From the NCBI GenBank assembly GCA_002431395.1, contig DJEU01000059.1, forward strand, positions 9,753 through 73,752: 64,000 bases of DNA, written 5' to 3'. This stretch comes from Lachnoclostridium sp. UBA5890. Lineage in GTDB: Bacteria > Bacillota > Clostridia > Lachnospirales > Lachnospiraceae. The translations under genes and the position numbers were made by a program. Of the stretch, positions 8,386-18,211 are shown piece by piece. The number at the start of each line of letters is the position of its first letter. Position 1 is the stretch's first letter. The notes beneath the pieces are model-generated. The model saw only the letters and a list, made by a program, of their open reading frames with translations. It searched no databases and was not told where the DNA came from.

Positions 8386-11211
8386 ATGATACGATTTATA
8401 AAACAAAAATTGATACATAAAAAGTGGATGGTTGTCTGCCTCCTGATCGGTAATATTCTGCTGGCGGCGATTGCAAGCAGCAATCCGATGTACCAGGATG
8501 CGGCACTGGAAAAAACATTGAAGTCAAAATACTCGAATTACATCGAGGAGACGAACAAGGACCCAGGTGTAATCGGCTTTAGTTCCATGCTGAATTCCGG
8601 CAAAGCAAACGGCAATGAATTCAAGCAGATGCAGGATACGGCAACCGGGGCGGCGGAACGTCTCGGGGTCGACCAGAAATATCTGGTAAGTTTGTTTGAG
8701 ACATCCAAAGTCCGTGGAGAATTTGAGCAGTCCCGCGGAAATAAGACGACGACAAAATCCATGCGTATTGCGATGATGTCAGATATGAAGGACCATATTT
8801 CCGTACTTGCCGGCGAGTGTTATGGCGACGAGCGTTTGGAAGATGGAGCCCTTCCGGTTATTCTGAGTCAGCGGGCGATGAGCAAATTGGATGTCGTTCT
8901 CGGTGACGAGATGTCCTTTGAGAAACTGAAAAATGCCGATGGTTCGAATATTAAAGTAAAAATAGTCGGCGTATTTGATGCGAAAGATTATTCGGATAAT
9001 TACTGGGTGCAGAGCCCGAGTGAATATTATCTGGAAGTATTTACCAGCCCCAAATTGTTTGAGAGCATTTTTGTGAATTATGACAAACCGGCATTTAATA
9101 TCACCGGGCAGTGGAATCTGGTATACGATTATGAAAGTGTAAGACCGGGACAGGTTAACTCCCTTGTGAAAAACACGGAGACACTTTGCGATGAAGGCAC
9201 GACCGGAAGAAATTCGGCAGTAGAAGAGCCGGATTATCTGGCAGTTCTGCGTGATTACCAGACGACGGCGAAGAAGGTGTCGACGACACTTTTGATTTTG
9301 CAGATTCCGGTACTTGCACTTTTGCTTGCTTTTATCTTTATGATCTCACGGCAGATGCTTGATCTGGAGCAGAATGAGATCGCCCTTTTGAAGAGCCGTG
9401 GAAGCAGCCGCAATCAGATCCTTTTGATCTATACGCTGCAGTCGGCGATTCTTTCGATCGGCAGCAGTATCGTCGGCGTGCCGCTTGGTTTCTTTATGAC
9501 AAAGGCACTCGGCTCGACGAATGGTTTTTTGGAATTTATCCAGAGAAAGGCATTGCACGTCAGTTTAAGCCCAAGTGTATTTTTGTATACTTTGGGAGCG
9601 ATTTTAGTTTCCATCGCGGTGATGGTACTTCCGGTATTTAAAGATGCCAATGTCACGATTGTAAATGTAAAACACAGAAATAGTGAAAACAAACACAATA
9701 TATTCAGCAGAGTGTATCTGGATGTGATTTTCCTCGGAATCTCACTGTATGGATTGTACTCCTTTACCGCACGGAAATCCGAGCTGATGACAAGCATGCT
9801 CGAGGGTGATTCCCTGGATCCGTTTTTGTTCATCTGCTCGTCCGTATTTATCATAAGTGCAAGTCTTGTGGGGCTCCGGCTTCAGCCATTGCTCATAAAG
9901 ATTGTATATTATATTGGAAGAAAATTCTGGCGGCCGGCATTTTTTGCTTCCTTCCTGCAGATTCTCCGTACGCGGAAAAAACAGGGATTTATGATGGTAT
10001 TTCTGATGTTTACGGTGTCGCTCGGTATTTTCAATTCGACGGTGGCGCGTACGATATTGTCAAACTCCGAAAAGGGAATCGACTATAGCACCGGAGCGGA
10101 TCTCGTACTCCAGCAGCCGTGGGAGGATAATTCCCTTCTGATGCAGTATTATACCGACCTTGAACTGACGTATACCGAACCGGATTTCGGAGTATACGAG
10201 GGAATGAAGGGCGTTACAGCGGCGACGAAAGTATTTAAAGACGATGAAATAGAAACTTCCTATAAGAGTAAGGAAGGCGGAAATAGTGTTAAGACAACAC
10301 TGATGGGAATCGATACGAAAAGTTTCGGAGAGACGGTGTCGAAGTTCCAGACGGATCTGCTTCCCGTACATATCAACCGTTACCTCAATTCGATGGCGAC
10401 ACGCGCGGATGCGGTGCTTTTGAGTATGAACTATCATACAAACTACGGGGTGCGTCTTGGCGATACGATTACCTATACAAACGAGGAAGGTGTCGAAGCA
10501 CAGGGCGTGGTATTTGGCTTTGTGGACTATTTCCCGAGTTATATCGAGACAACGCATTCGCTCAATGAAGAAAATAAACTTGTTTCGACTGAGAACTACC
10601 TGATCGTAGCGAATCTGGCACAGGTTCAGCAGAACTTTGGTCTGCGACCATATCAGGTATGGCTGAAAACGGATGGAAGTTCACGTTTTATCTATGATTA
10701 CGCGAAGAAAAACAATATTACGTATACGACATTCGAAGATGCAAATGCCAAGAAAGTGGAAGTGAAAAATGATGCTTTGTTCCAGGGGACCAATGGTATC
10801 CTTACGATGAGCTTTATCATTATTTTGATCTTGTGCTGCACCGGATTTTTGATCTACTGGATCTTGTCAATCCGCCAGCGTGAATTGCTTTTTGGTGTAT
10901 TTCGTGCGATGGGTATGTCAAAACGTGAGATTATTCAAATGCTGATCAATGAGCAGATTTTCAGTTCCGGCATCTCGATCGTGATCGGTACCGTGATCGG
11001 ACTGCTGGCATCGAAGATGTTTGTACCGCTTGTGCAGATCTTCTATGCATCGACCGATCAGGCAATTCCGCTTGAAGTGGTCAATGAGACACTTGATATG
11101 GTGCGTCTGTTCAGTATCATTGGTATTGTTATTGTGGTATGTATGGTTGTGCTTGGAAAACTGATCTCGAAGATCAACATTTCACAGGCATTGAAACTTG
11201 GCGAAGATTAA
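8386..11211 (+). CDS. Large FtsX/MacB-type ABC transporter permease (two FtsX modules)
   Basis: 941 aa. There are two clusters of transmembrane helices, each after a large extracytoplasmic domain. The C-terminus 'LISKINISQALKLGED' is typical of the FtsX family. Confidence 0.85.
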   Translation: MIRFIKQKLIHKKWMVVCLLIGNILLAAIASSNPMYQDAALEKTLKSKYSNYIEETNKDPGVIGFSSMLNSGKANGNEFKQMQDTATGAAERLGVDQKYLVSLFETSKVRGEFEQSRGNKTTTKSMRIAMMSDMKDHISVLAGECYGDERLEDGALPVILSQRAMSKLDVVLGDEMSFEKLKNADGSNIKVKIVGVFDAKDYSDNYWVQSPSEYYLEVFTSPKLFESIFVNYDKPAFNITGQWNLVYDYESVRPGQVNSLVKNTETLCDEGTTGRNSAVEEPDYLAVLRDYQTTAKKVSTTLLILQIPVLALLLAFIFMISRQMLDLEQNEIALLKSRGSSRNQILLIYTLQSAILSIGSSIVGVPLGFFMTKALGSTNGFLEFIQRKALHVSLSPSVFLYTLGAILVSIAVMVLPVFKDANVTIVNVKHRNSENKHNIFSRVYLDVIFLGISLYGLYSFTARKSELMTSMLEGDSLDPFLFICSSVFIISASLVGLRLQPLLIKIVYYIGRKFWRPAFFASFLQILRTRKKQGFMMVFLMFTVSLGIFNSTVARTILSNSEKGIDYSTGADLVLQQPWEDNSLLMQYYTDLELTYTEPDFGVYEGMKGVTAATKVFKDDEIETSYKSKEGGNSVKTTLMGIDTKSFGETVSKFQTDLLPVHINRYLNSMATRADAVLLSMNYHTNYGVRLGDTITYTNEEGVEAQGVVFGFVDYFPSYIETTHSLNEENKLVSTENYLIVANLAQVQQNFGLRPYQVWLKTDGSSRFIYDYAKKNNITYTTFEDANAKKVEVKNDALFQGTNGILTMSFIIILILCCTGFLIYWILSIRQRELLFGVFRAMGMSKREIIQMLINEQIFSSGISIVIGTVIGLLASKMFVPLVQIFYASTDQAIPLEVVNETLDMVRLFSIIGIVIVVCMVVLGKLISKINISQALKLGED

Positions 11212-11223
11212 GGGAGGACAGCG

Positions 11224-11904
11224 ATGGAAAATATATTGACGACACAGGGAATCAAGCAGGCATTTCCAATCGGCTCCGGCCGCGAGTTTGTCGCACTGCA
11301 TGATATCAATATCCAGATCCCGAAGGGGAAACTTACGATGCTGCGTGGACGTTCCGGATCCGGAAAAACGACGCTGATGAACATTTTGAGTGCGTTGGAT
11401 TATCCGAAAGAAGGCACCGTCGTATTTGAGGGGGCGGCACTGGAACAGATGAATGACCACGAGAGAGAGGAATTCCGTAAAAATAATGTGGGATTCGTAT
11501 TTCAGTCGGTGGCATTGATCCCGATGATGACGGCGTATGAAAATGTGGAATTTCTACTCCGCCTGGCAAAATATCAGGGAAATAAGCGGGCAAGAGCGGA
11601 AGAATGTCTCCGGCTTGTGGGACTTGGCCAGCGTATGCATCATATGCCGCAGGAACTTTCCGGTGGGGAGCAGCAGCGTGTGGCGATCGCAAGAGCGATT
11701 GCACATAAACCGAAAATTATCTTTGCCGACGAGCCGACGGCCGAACTGGATACGGCGACCGGACTTCAGGTGATGAAGATATTTAAGGAATTGATTGAAA
11801 AAGAAGAAGTGACTATTGTCATGACTACACATGACATGGGATTGTTAGATATTGCAGACTGCATATATCATTTGGAGGATGGTGAGATTGTCGATGAAAA
11901 ATAA
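11224..11904 (+). CDS. ABC transporter ATP-binding protein (MacB/LolD-like)
   Basis: Walker A 'GRSGSGKTT', signature '[14 protein letters not shown]', Walker B 'IIFADEPT'. Confidence 0.93.
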   Translation: MENILTTQGIKQAFPIGSGREFVALHDINIQIPKGKLTMLRGRSGSGKTTLMNILSALDYPKEGTVVFEGAALEQMNDHEREEFRKNNVGFVFQSVALIPMMTAYENVEFLLRLAKYQGNKRARAEECLRLVGLGQRMHHMPQELSGGEQQRVAIARAIAHKPKIIFADEPTAELDTATGLQVMKIFKELIEKEEVTIVMTTHDMGLLDIADCIYHLEDGEIVDEK

Positions 11905-12898
11905 AAAATGGGACACCGTAGTGGAAAAAATCAATGAATTTCGTCACATCAACCGCCAGACCGCCGGAGGAGGAACAGCAAATGAACCGGTGGACATTCC
12001 GGATGATGTGATGATCGAATGCGATGGATTGGTAAAAATATACAAGACAAAGGACATTGAAGTGCTGGCACTTCAGGGCTTGGACCTGACCGTAAAGCGC
12101 GGAGAACTGATGGCAATCATCGGAAACAGCGGAAGTGGTAAATCCACATTTCTCAATATGATCGGTGGACTTGACCGTCCGTCAGCCGGAAAACTTTATG
12201 TCGATGGAAAAAATCTGTTTCAGATGAGCGAAGAAGAATTGGTCGAGTACAAGCGAAGCACTGTCGGATTTGTGTGGCAGAACAATGCACGCAATCTGCT
12301 TCCGTATCTGACGGCGTGGGAAAATGTCATGACACCAATGCTCTTTATGAAAGACGGAAAGAGCGAGGCGCAGAAGAAAAAGCGCGCGGAAGAACTTCTT
12401 GAGCTGGTTGGCCTGGCAGAACGAAAAGACAATACGTTAAGCCAGCTTTCCGGTGGGGAGCAGCAGCGTGTCGCCATTGCGATCGCCCTTGCGAATGAGC
12501 CGAAACTTCTGCTTGCGGATGAGCCGACAGGAGCGGTAGACCGAAAGACGGCAGATGACATCCTGGATATGTTCCGCAAGTTAAATGAACAGCTTGGTAT
12601 TACGATCGTGATCGTAACACACGATAATGAGCTGGCGGCGAAAGTAAACCGCGTCATTTCGATTCGCGATGGAAAGACCAGCAGCGAGCGTATCATGAAG
12701 AACGAGTATAAAAACAGACTGGAAGATATTTCCATTGAATGGCAGCAGGAAGAGGCACAGGAGGAGTTTGTTGTGCTGGATCGTGCCGGAAGAATACAGA
12801 TTCCGTCGGAATTGCTCAAAGAAATGGGAATGAACGGAAATAAAGTAAAATTGGAATTTGTGGATGGCAAAATTGTTATTGAAAAACCCGAAGAATAA
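11894..12898 (+). CDS. ABC transporter ATP-binding protein with N-terminal extension and C-terminal AbrB/SpoVT-like extension
   Basis: Walker A 'GNSGSGKST', '[14 protein letters not shown]', 'LLLADEPT'. The C-terminal 'VVLDRAGRIQIPSELLKEMGMNGNKVKLEFVDGKIVI' resembles a swapped-hairpin AbrB motif. The start at 11894 overlaps the upstream stop. The ORF-track start at 11852 lies inside the previous gene. Confidence 0.85.
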   Translation: MKNKKWDTVVEKINEFRHINRQTAGGGTANEPVDIPDDVMIECDGLVKIYKTKDIEVLALQGLDLTVKRGELMAIIGNSGSGKSTFLNMIGGLDRPSAGKLYVDGKNLFQMSEEELVEYKRSTVGFVWQNNARNLLPYLTAWENVMTPMLFMKDGKSEAQKKKRAEELLELVGLAERKDNTLSQLSGGEQQRVAIAIALANEPKLLLADEPTGAVDRKTADDILDMFRKLNEQLGITIVIVTHDNELAAKVNRVISIRDGKTSSERIMKNEYKNRLEDISIEWQQEEAQEEFVVLDRAGRIQIPSELLKEMGMNGNKVKLEFVDGKIVIEKPEE

Positions 12899-12958
12899 TG
12901 CTACACTAGTACTGTTAAAAGAAGAACAGGAAAATGAAGTGAATGGAGACGGTTTTTT

Positions 12959-13822
12959 ATGAGTGGAAGACGAGAATATAGGAAGAGACAATGGAAACGG
13001 CGGCAGTCGCAGTCAGAAAAATTGACCATGTTATTGAAAGGATCAATTGCGGTGGCAGTCGTACTGGTTTTAGTATTAACCGGAGTAAAGATAGTATCCA
13101 CTGTGCAAAACCACAAACAACAAAAACAGGCAGAAGAAGCACTTTTGCAGAAGCAGAAAGCGGCGGCAGAATCGCCGGTGGTGGAAGAACCGACACCTGA
13201 ACCGACCCCGGTGCCAAAGGAAAAAGCTGTGGCATTGACGTTTGATGACGGACCATCGCGTGATAACGACGGAACGATTCTTGAGACACTGCAGGCGAAT
13301 GGAGCACATGCTACCTTTTTTGTGCTTGGAAACCGTGCACGGGTCGATGGCGACATCATGCAGATGATCCTTGGCGCCGGCTGCGAGATTGCCAGCCATT
13401 CGTGGGATCACCCACAGCTGAGCAAGATAAAATGGAAAAAGGCGAAAAGCCAGATTGACCGAACCGACCGGATCGTGTCAAAACTGTTAAACGGATATCA
13501 GATTTCGCTGCTGCGTCCGCCGTATGGTTCGATCAGCAAAACCATGCGGAAAAAGGTGAAAAAGCCGATGATATTGTGGAGTCTTGACACCGAAGACTGG
13601 AAGAGCCGCAATGCGAAAAAAGTCTTTAACCGGGTAAAAAAAGAGGTTAAAGATGGAGATATCATTTTGATGCATGACATTCATCCGGAGACGGCAGAAG
13701 CAGTCAAAAAGATTGTTCCGTGGCTTTCGGAGCAGGGATATGACATGCTGACAGTTTCCGAACTGATGGTTCGGAAAGGCAAAACTATGGAAGCCGGAAA
13801 AGCTTACCTGGATGCAAATTAA
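12959..13822 (+). CDS. Membrane-anchored polysaccharide deacetylase (NodB homology domain)
   Basis: N-terminal transmembrane segment 'IAVAVVLVLVLTGV'. NodB motifs 'LTFDDGP', 'ASHSWDH', 'LLRPPYG', 'IILMHD'. Confidence 0.9.
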   Translation: MSGRREYRKRQWKRRQSQSEKLTMLLKGSIAVAVVLVLVLTGVKIVSTVQNHKQQKQAEEALLQKQKAAAESPVVEEPTPEPTPVPKEKAVALTFDDGPSRDNDGTILETLQANGAHATFFVLGNRARVDGDIMQMILGAGCEIASHSWDHPQLSKIKWKKAKSQIDRTDRIVSKLLNGYQISLLRPPYGSISKTMRKKVKKPMILWSLDTEDWKSRNAKKVFNRVKKEVKDGDIILMHDIHPETAEAVKKIVPWLSEQGYDMLTVSELMVRKGKTMEAGKAYLDAN

Positions 13823-13925
13823 TATTGGTAAAATACGTGGAGTTCTCTGAATTTTTCGGGAACTCCGCTTGTGGTGAAACAAAAAATAAAAAATAGATAC
13901 AAACAACGAAGTGAGGTAAGAAAAA

Positions 13926-15332
13926 ATGAAACAATTTATGGATGAAGATTTTATTCTTTCAACAGACACAGCGAAAAAACTTTTTCACGACTATGCAGAA
14001 AAAACACCGATTTTGGACTATCATTGCCATTTGGAGCCAAAAGAGATTGCAGAAGACCGGAAATTTAAAAACATAACAGAATTGTGGCTCGGAGGCGATC
14101 ACTATAAATGGCGCATTATGCGTTCGAATGGAGTCCCGGAAAAATACATTACCGGGGATGCCAGCGATGAAGAAAAATTCCATGCCTTTGCGAAGGCACT
14201 GCCAAAAGCAATCGGAAATCCGATGTATCATTGGTGCCATCTGGAATTGCAGAGATATTTTGATATTCATGAGACACTCAGTGAGAAGAACTGGAAAGAG
14301 ATTTACGATGCCTGTAATGAAAAACTGCAGTCACCGGAAATGTCAGCAAAAAATCTGATCCGTATGTCCAATGTTACATTGGTTTGTACGACCGATGATC
14401 CGGTGGATGACCTTCATTATCATCAGCAGATCAAAGCGGACAAAGATTTTGAGGTGCAGGTTCTGCCGGCATGGCGTCCTGATATCATCATGAGCCCGGA
14501 AAAAGAGGGATTTCTTGCTTATGTACAGAAACTGGCAGAAGTAAGTGATATTGACATCACCGGCTTTGTTTCGCTGAAAGAAGCTCTTGTGAAACGACTG
14601 GATTATTTTGTGGAAAATGGCTGTCTGGTGACCGACCACGGTTTGGATTATCCGCAGTATCGCCCGACGACAGAGGAAGAAATGGATATCCTCGTACGCC
14701 GCGCATTGTCCGGAGAAACCTTGGAATTTGAAGAAATGCTTCAGTACAAAACGATGCTGATGCTCTTCTTAGGCCGTGAATATGCAAAGAGAAATCTGGC
14801 AATGCAGCTTCACTATGGTGCAAAGCGAGAAAATAACGAATTGGTATTCCGGAGTGCCGGAGCCAATGCCGGTATCGACTGTATCAATGAAAAAGGATTT
14901 AGTGCAGAAGTGGCAGATCTTTTGAATGCCCTTGCAAAAACCGGCGAGCTGCCAAAGACGATTTTGTATTCTTTGAATCCGGTAGACAATGCCGTAATCG
15001 GTACGATGATTGGCTGCTTCCAGAACGAAGATGCGGTAGGAAAGATTCAGCAGGGCTCTGCATGGTGGTTCAACGATCACAAATATGGCATGACCCAGCA
15101 GATCACATCTCTTGCAAGCCTTGGACTTTTGGGCAACTTTATCGGAATGCTGACCGATTCGAGAAGTTTTGTATCCTACCCTCGTCATGAGTATTTCCGC
15201 CGAATCCTGTGCGATTTCATCGGAAAACTGGTAGAAAACGGAGAATATCCACAGGACTACGAAGTTCTTGGCGAAATGGTGAAAAATATTTCTTATTACA
15301 ATGCAGTGAATTATTTTGGATTCGACTTATAA
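13926..15332 (+). CDS. uxaC: Glucuronate isomerase
   Basis: 468 aa. Contains 'FILSTDTAKKLFHDYAEKTPILDYHCHL', 'GDHYKWRIMR' and 'WWFNDH', which are typical of UxaC. Confidence 0.93.
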   Translation: MKQFMDEDFILSTDTAKKLFHDYAEKTPILDYHCHLEPKEIAEDRKFKNITELWLGGDHYKWRIMRSNGVPEKYITGDASDEEKFHAFAKALPKAIGNPMYHWCHLELQRYFDIHETLSEKNWKEIYDACNEKLQSPEMSAKNLIRMSNVTLVCTTDDPVDDLHYHQQIKADKDFEVQVLPAWRPDIIMSPEKEGFLAYVQKLAEVSDIDITGFVSLKEALVKRLDYFVENGCLVTDHGLDYPQYRPTTEEEMDILVRRALSGETLEFEEMLQYKTMLMLFLGREYAKRNLAMQLHYGAKRENNELVFRSAGANAGIDCINEKGFSAEVADLLNALAKTGELPKTILYSLNPVDNAVIGTMIGCFQNEDAVGKIQQGSAWWFNDHKYGMTQQITSLASLGLLGNFIGMLTDSRSFVSYPRHEYFRRILCDFIGKLVENGEYPQDYEVLGEMVKNISYYNAVNYFGFDL

Positions 15333-15359
15333 AAAATATACAATCGGAAGGAGATCATA

Positions 15360-18194
15360 ATGACATTTACGTTAGTAAAAGAAAACGCAGCACAAATTTG
15401 TATTGACAGCCATGCAGCAGATTATAAGGGACTGAAGCATGTGGCAAAAATTCTTGCCGGAGATATTTTGACGGTAACAGACAAAGAGCCGGAGATCGTA
15501 GAGCAGATTCAGAATGTTCCGCAGATCGTCGTAGCAACAAAAGGAACTTCGGATATTCTTGCAAAGTGGGAAGAAGAAAAGAAACTGGATCTTTCTGTTT
15601 TGGAAGGAAAACGAGAAGTCTTTACGGTACAGCTGATCGAAGAAGATGGTGCTGAGAAACTGGTGATCGCTGGTACAGAGACAATTGCTACCTTGTATGG
15701 CCTGTACTATATTTCTGAAAATATCGGAGTATCCCCATGGGTGTACTGGGCAGACGTGGTTCCTGCCAAAAAAGAGGAGATCGTATTTGATGAGAGCATT
15801 TGTACGGTATCCAAAGAGCCGTCTGTTCGTTACCGTGGGTTTTTCATGAACGACGAATGGCCGTCGTTGGGAAATTTTGTCATGAATACATTTGGAGACT
15901 TCAATGAATTCTTTTACGAAAAAGTATTTGATCTTCTGCTGCGCCTGAAAGGAAACTATTTCTGGCCGGCGATGTGGTCAGCTTCCCTTCCGTTAGACGG
16001 TTCGGAAGATCCGCTTGCAATCCTTAAACTGGGAACGGAACTTGGTATCACGATCGGTCAGTCCCATCATGAGCCATTGACCCGTGCCAGCGAAGAGTGG
16101 GATAAAGTCAAAACGGACACGAACAATGTCGGATATGGAAAAGACTGGAATTATTATACAAATAAAGAAGGTCTTTATCGTTACTGGGAAGATGGTATGA
16201 AACGCGATAAAGACTTCAAGCATATGATTACGATCGGTATGCGCGGTGAGCGTGACACCATGATGCTCGGAGAAAATTCAACGATTCAGGAAAATGTCGA
16301 ACTTCTCCGTGAGATCATTACCGATCAGAATAAGATCATCAAAGAGACCGGATGCGAGAACATGCCGAAAATGCTTGCTTTGTACAAAGAAGTGGAAGGC
16401 TTTTATTATGGTGGAAACGGCGTCAAGGGACTTCGTTCCTGGGATGGATTGGACGATACGATCCTTTTGCTATCCGACGATAACTTCGGAAATGTGAGAA
16501 CCCTTCCGACCAAGGATCTGAAAGACCGCAAACCGGGCTGGGGATTGTACTATCACTTTGATTATCATGGTTCTCCGATTTCTTACGAGTGGGTCAATTC
16601 CACACCGCTTCCGAAAGTGTGGGAGCAGGTTACAATGGCCTATGAATACGGCATCCGCGACCTCTGGATCGTAAATGTCGGAGATATTCGTCCGGATGAG
16701 CTGCCATTGTCCTACTTTATGGCACTTGCCTATGATTTCGAGAGTATGGGAACCGGCCATGCCAATGAAACGGACCGCTTCCTGGCATCCTGGGTAGAGC
16801 AGCAGTTTGGAGCACATATCAAAGACGACGCGACAAAAAAAGAAATTGCGGATGTATTGCGTGAGTACACACGGATCCACGGCATGAGACGACCGGAGGC
16901 GATGAATCCGGAAGTATATCATAAATCCCATTTTAATGAAACGAAACGCATGATCGAGCGCTGTACAAAATTGATGCAGCAGACCGAAAATCTGCAGATC
17001 AAGATTCCGGAGGCATCCAAGGATGCATTTTACGGATTGGTATATTATCCGGCTGTTGCCGGAATGAATCTGCAGCTGATGAGTCTTCATGCAGCATTGG
17101 CAAACTGGTATGCAGAATATGAACTTTCTGCGGCAAATACGTACGATGCCCTTGTAAAAGAAGAGATTGAACGCGATCAGAAATTGACGGAGTATTACAA
17201 TAAAGAGATGGCTGGCGGCAAATGGGACGGCATGATGCTCTCACCACATGCATGTTTCGTTACATGGAATGACGAGGGATGGCATTATCCGGAGACCAAG
17301 ACCATCTGTATCAATACGATGAGCCGTATGATGGTTCATGCAGAAAATGACGAAAGTTTTGTCTCAGAAGGAATGGTCAATCTGCCTGAGTTTACAGAAA
17401 TCGGAAAAGAAACGTATGAGATCGAACTGGCAAATGCCGGTGCTGTTGCTTATGATTTTAAAGTGCAGGCGGAACAGGGAATCTGCGTAAGCCAGCCGGA
17501 AGGAACGGTGGCAAATGACATCGTGACACTGCAGGTAACGATTGCCAAAAAGGAGAGCGAATCGTTTGAGCGTACCCTTACGATCAAAGCAGGAAACCAG
17601 AAAGTCGATGTGAAAGTGCGTTTTAAGGCAGCCGTCAATGTTCCGGAAGGAACTTTTATCGAGCGCGACGGTATCGTATCGATCGAAGCAGCTCATTTTG
17701 CTGAAAAAGAAGTTTTTGAAGGATATGAGTTTAAAGAATTGGAAGAATACGGAAAAACATTATCTTCCATGAAAATATATCCATGTGACCGCAATTTTGA
17801 TGAAATCGGAAAAGCACCTTGCCTGACGTACCGCGTGTATGTTGAGGAAGCGGGTGTTTACATGCTTAAGACAATCACGGCACCGACGAACAACCTGGAA
17901 GACGGACGCACGATGCGTTATGCAGCGCAGGTTGGTGATGGCGAGATCAAAGTCGGTGACACGATTCCAAAAGAAAACTACAATATCGGTGGCGGTCCAT
18001 GGGAAAAGAAATCCTGGTCCATGGGTGTGCTCAATAACTGTCATTATGGAATTACCGGACACGATCTGGAAGCCGGATACAATGAGATACATATTTATGG
18101 TGTCGAGGCAGGTTTAGTATTACAAAAACTGGTATTGTACCGAGGCGGATTGGAAGAGTCTTATCTGGGACCACAGGAAAGTCCGCAGGCATAA
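15360..18194 (+). CDS. GH115-family xylan alpha-glucuronidase
   Basis: 944 aa with no signal peptide. 'YRGFFMNDEWPSLGNF', 'HHEPL' and 'GLYYHFDYHG' match my memory of GH115. The context (uxaC upstream, GH10 downstream) agrees. Confidence 0.8.
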   Translation: MTFTLVKENAAQICIDSHAADYKGLKHVAKILAGDILTVTDKEPEIVEQIQNVPQIVVATKGTSDILAKWEEEKKLDLSVLEGKREVFTVQLIEEDGAEKLVIAGTETIATLYGLYYISENIGVSPWVYWADVVPAKKEEIVFDESICTVSKEPSVRYRGFFMNDEWPSLGNFVMNTFGDFNEFFYEKVFDLLLRLKGNYFWPAMWSASLPLDGSEDPLAILKLGTELGITIGQSHHEPLTRASEEWDKVKTDTNNVGYGKDWNYYTNKEGLYRYWEDGMKRDKDFKHMITIGMRGERDTMMLGENSTIQENVELLREIITDQNKIIKETGCENMPKMLALYKEVEGFYYGGNGVKGLRSWDGLDDTILLLSDDNFGNVRTLPTKDLKDRKPGWGLYYHFDYHGSPISYEWVNSTPLPKVWEQVTMAYEYGIRDLWIVNVGDIRPDELPLSYFMALAYDFESMGTGHANETDRFLASWVEQQFGAHIKDDATKKEIADVLREYTRIHGMRRPEAMNPEVYHKSHFNETKRMIERCTKLMQQTENLQIKIPEASKDAFYGLVYYPAVAGMNLQLMSLHAALANWYAEYELSAANTYDALVKEEIERDQKLTEYYNKEMAGGKWDGMMLSPHACFVTWNDEGWHYPETKTICINTMSRMMVHAENDESFVSEGMVNLPEFTEIGKETYEIELANAGAVAYDFKVQAEQGICVSQPEGTVANDIVTLQVTIAKKESESFERTLTIKAGNQKVDVKVRFKAAVNVPEGTFIERDGIVSIEAAHFAEKEVFEGYEFKELEEYGKTLSSMKIYPCDRNFDEIGKAPCLTYRVYVEEAGVYMLKTITAPTNNLEDGRTMRYAAQVGDGEIKVGDTIPKENYNIGGGPWEKKSWSMGVLNNCHYGITGHDLEAGYNEIHIYGVEAGLVLQKLVLYRGGLEESYLGPQESPQA

Positions 18195-18211
18195 AACGAA
18201 AGGAGAAGAAG

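Noticed and set aside
13840-13895. Hairpin GGAGTTC..GAACTCC after the deacetylase gene, as a possible terminator
   Set aside because: The stem is present, but it is followed by GCTTGTGG rather than a T-run. It is too weak to call as a feature.
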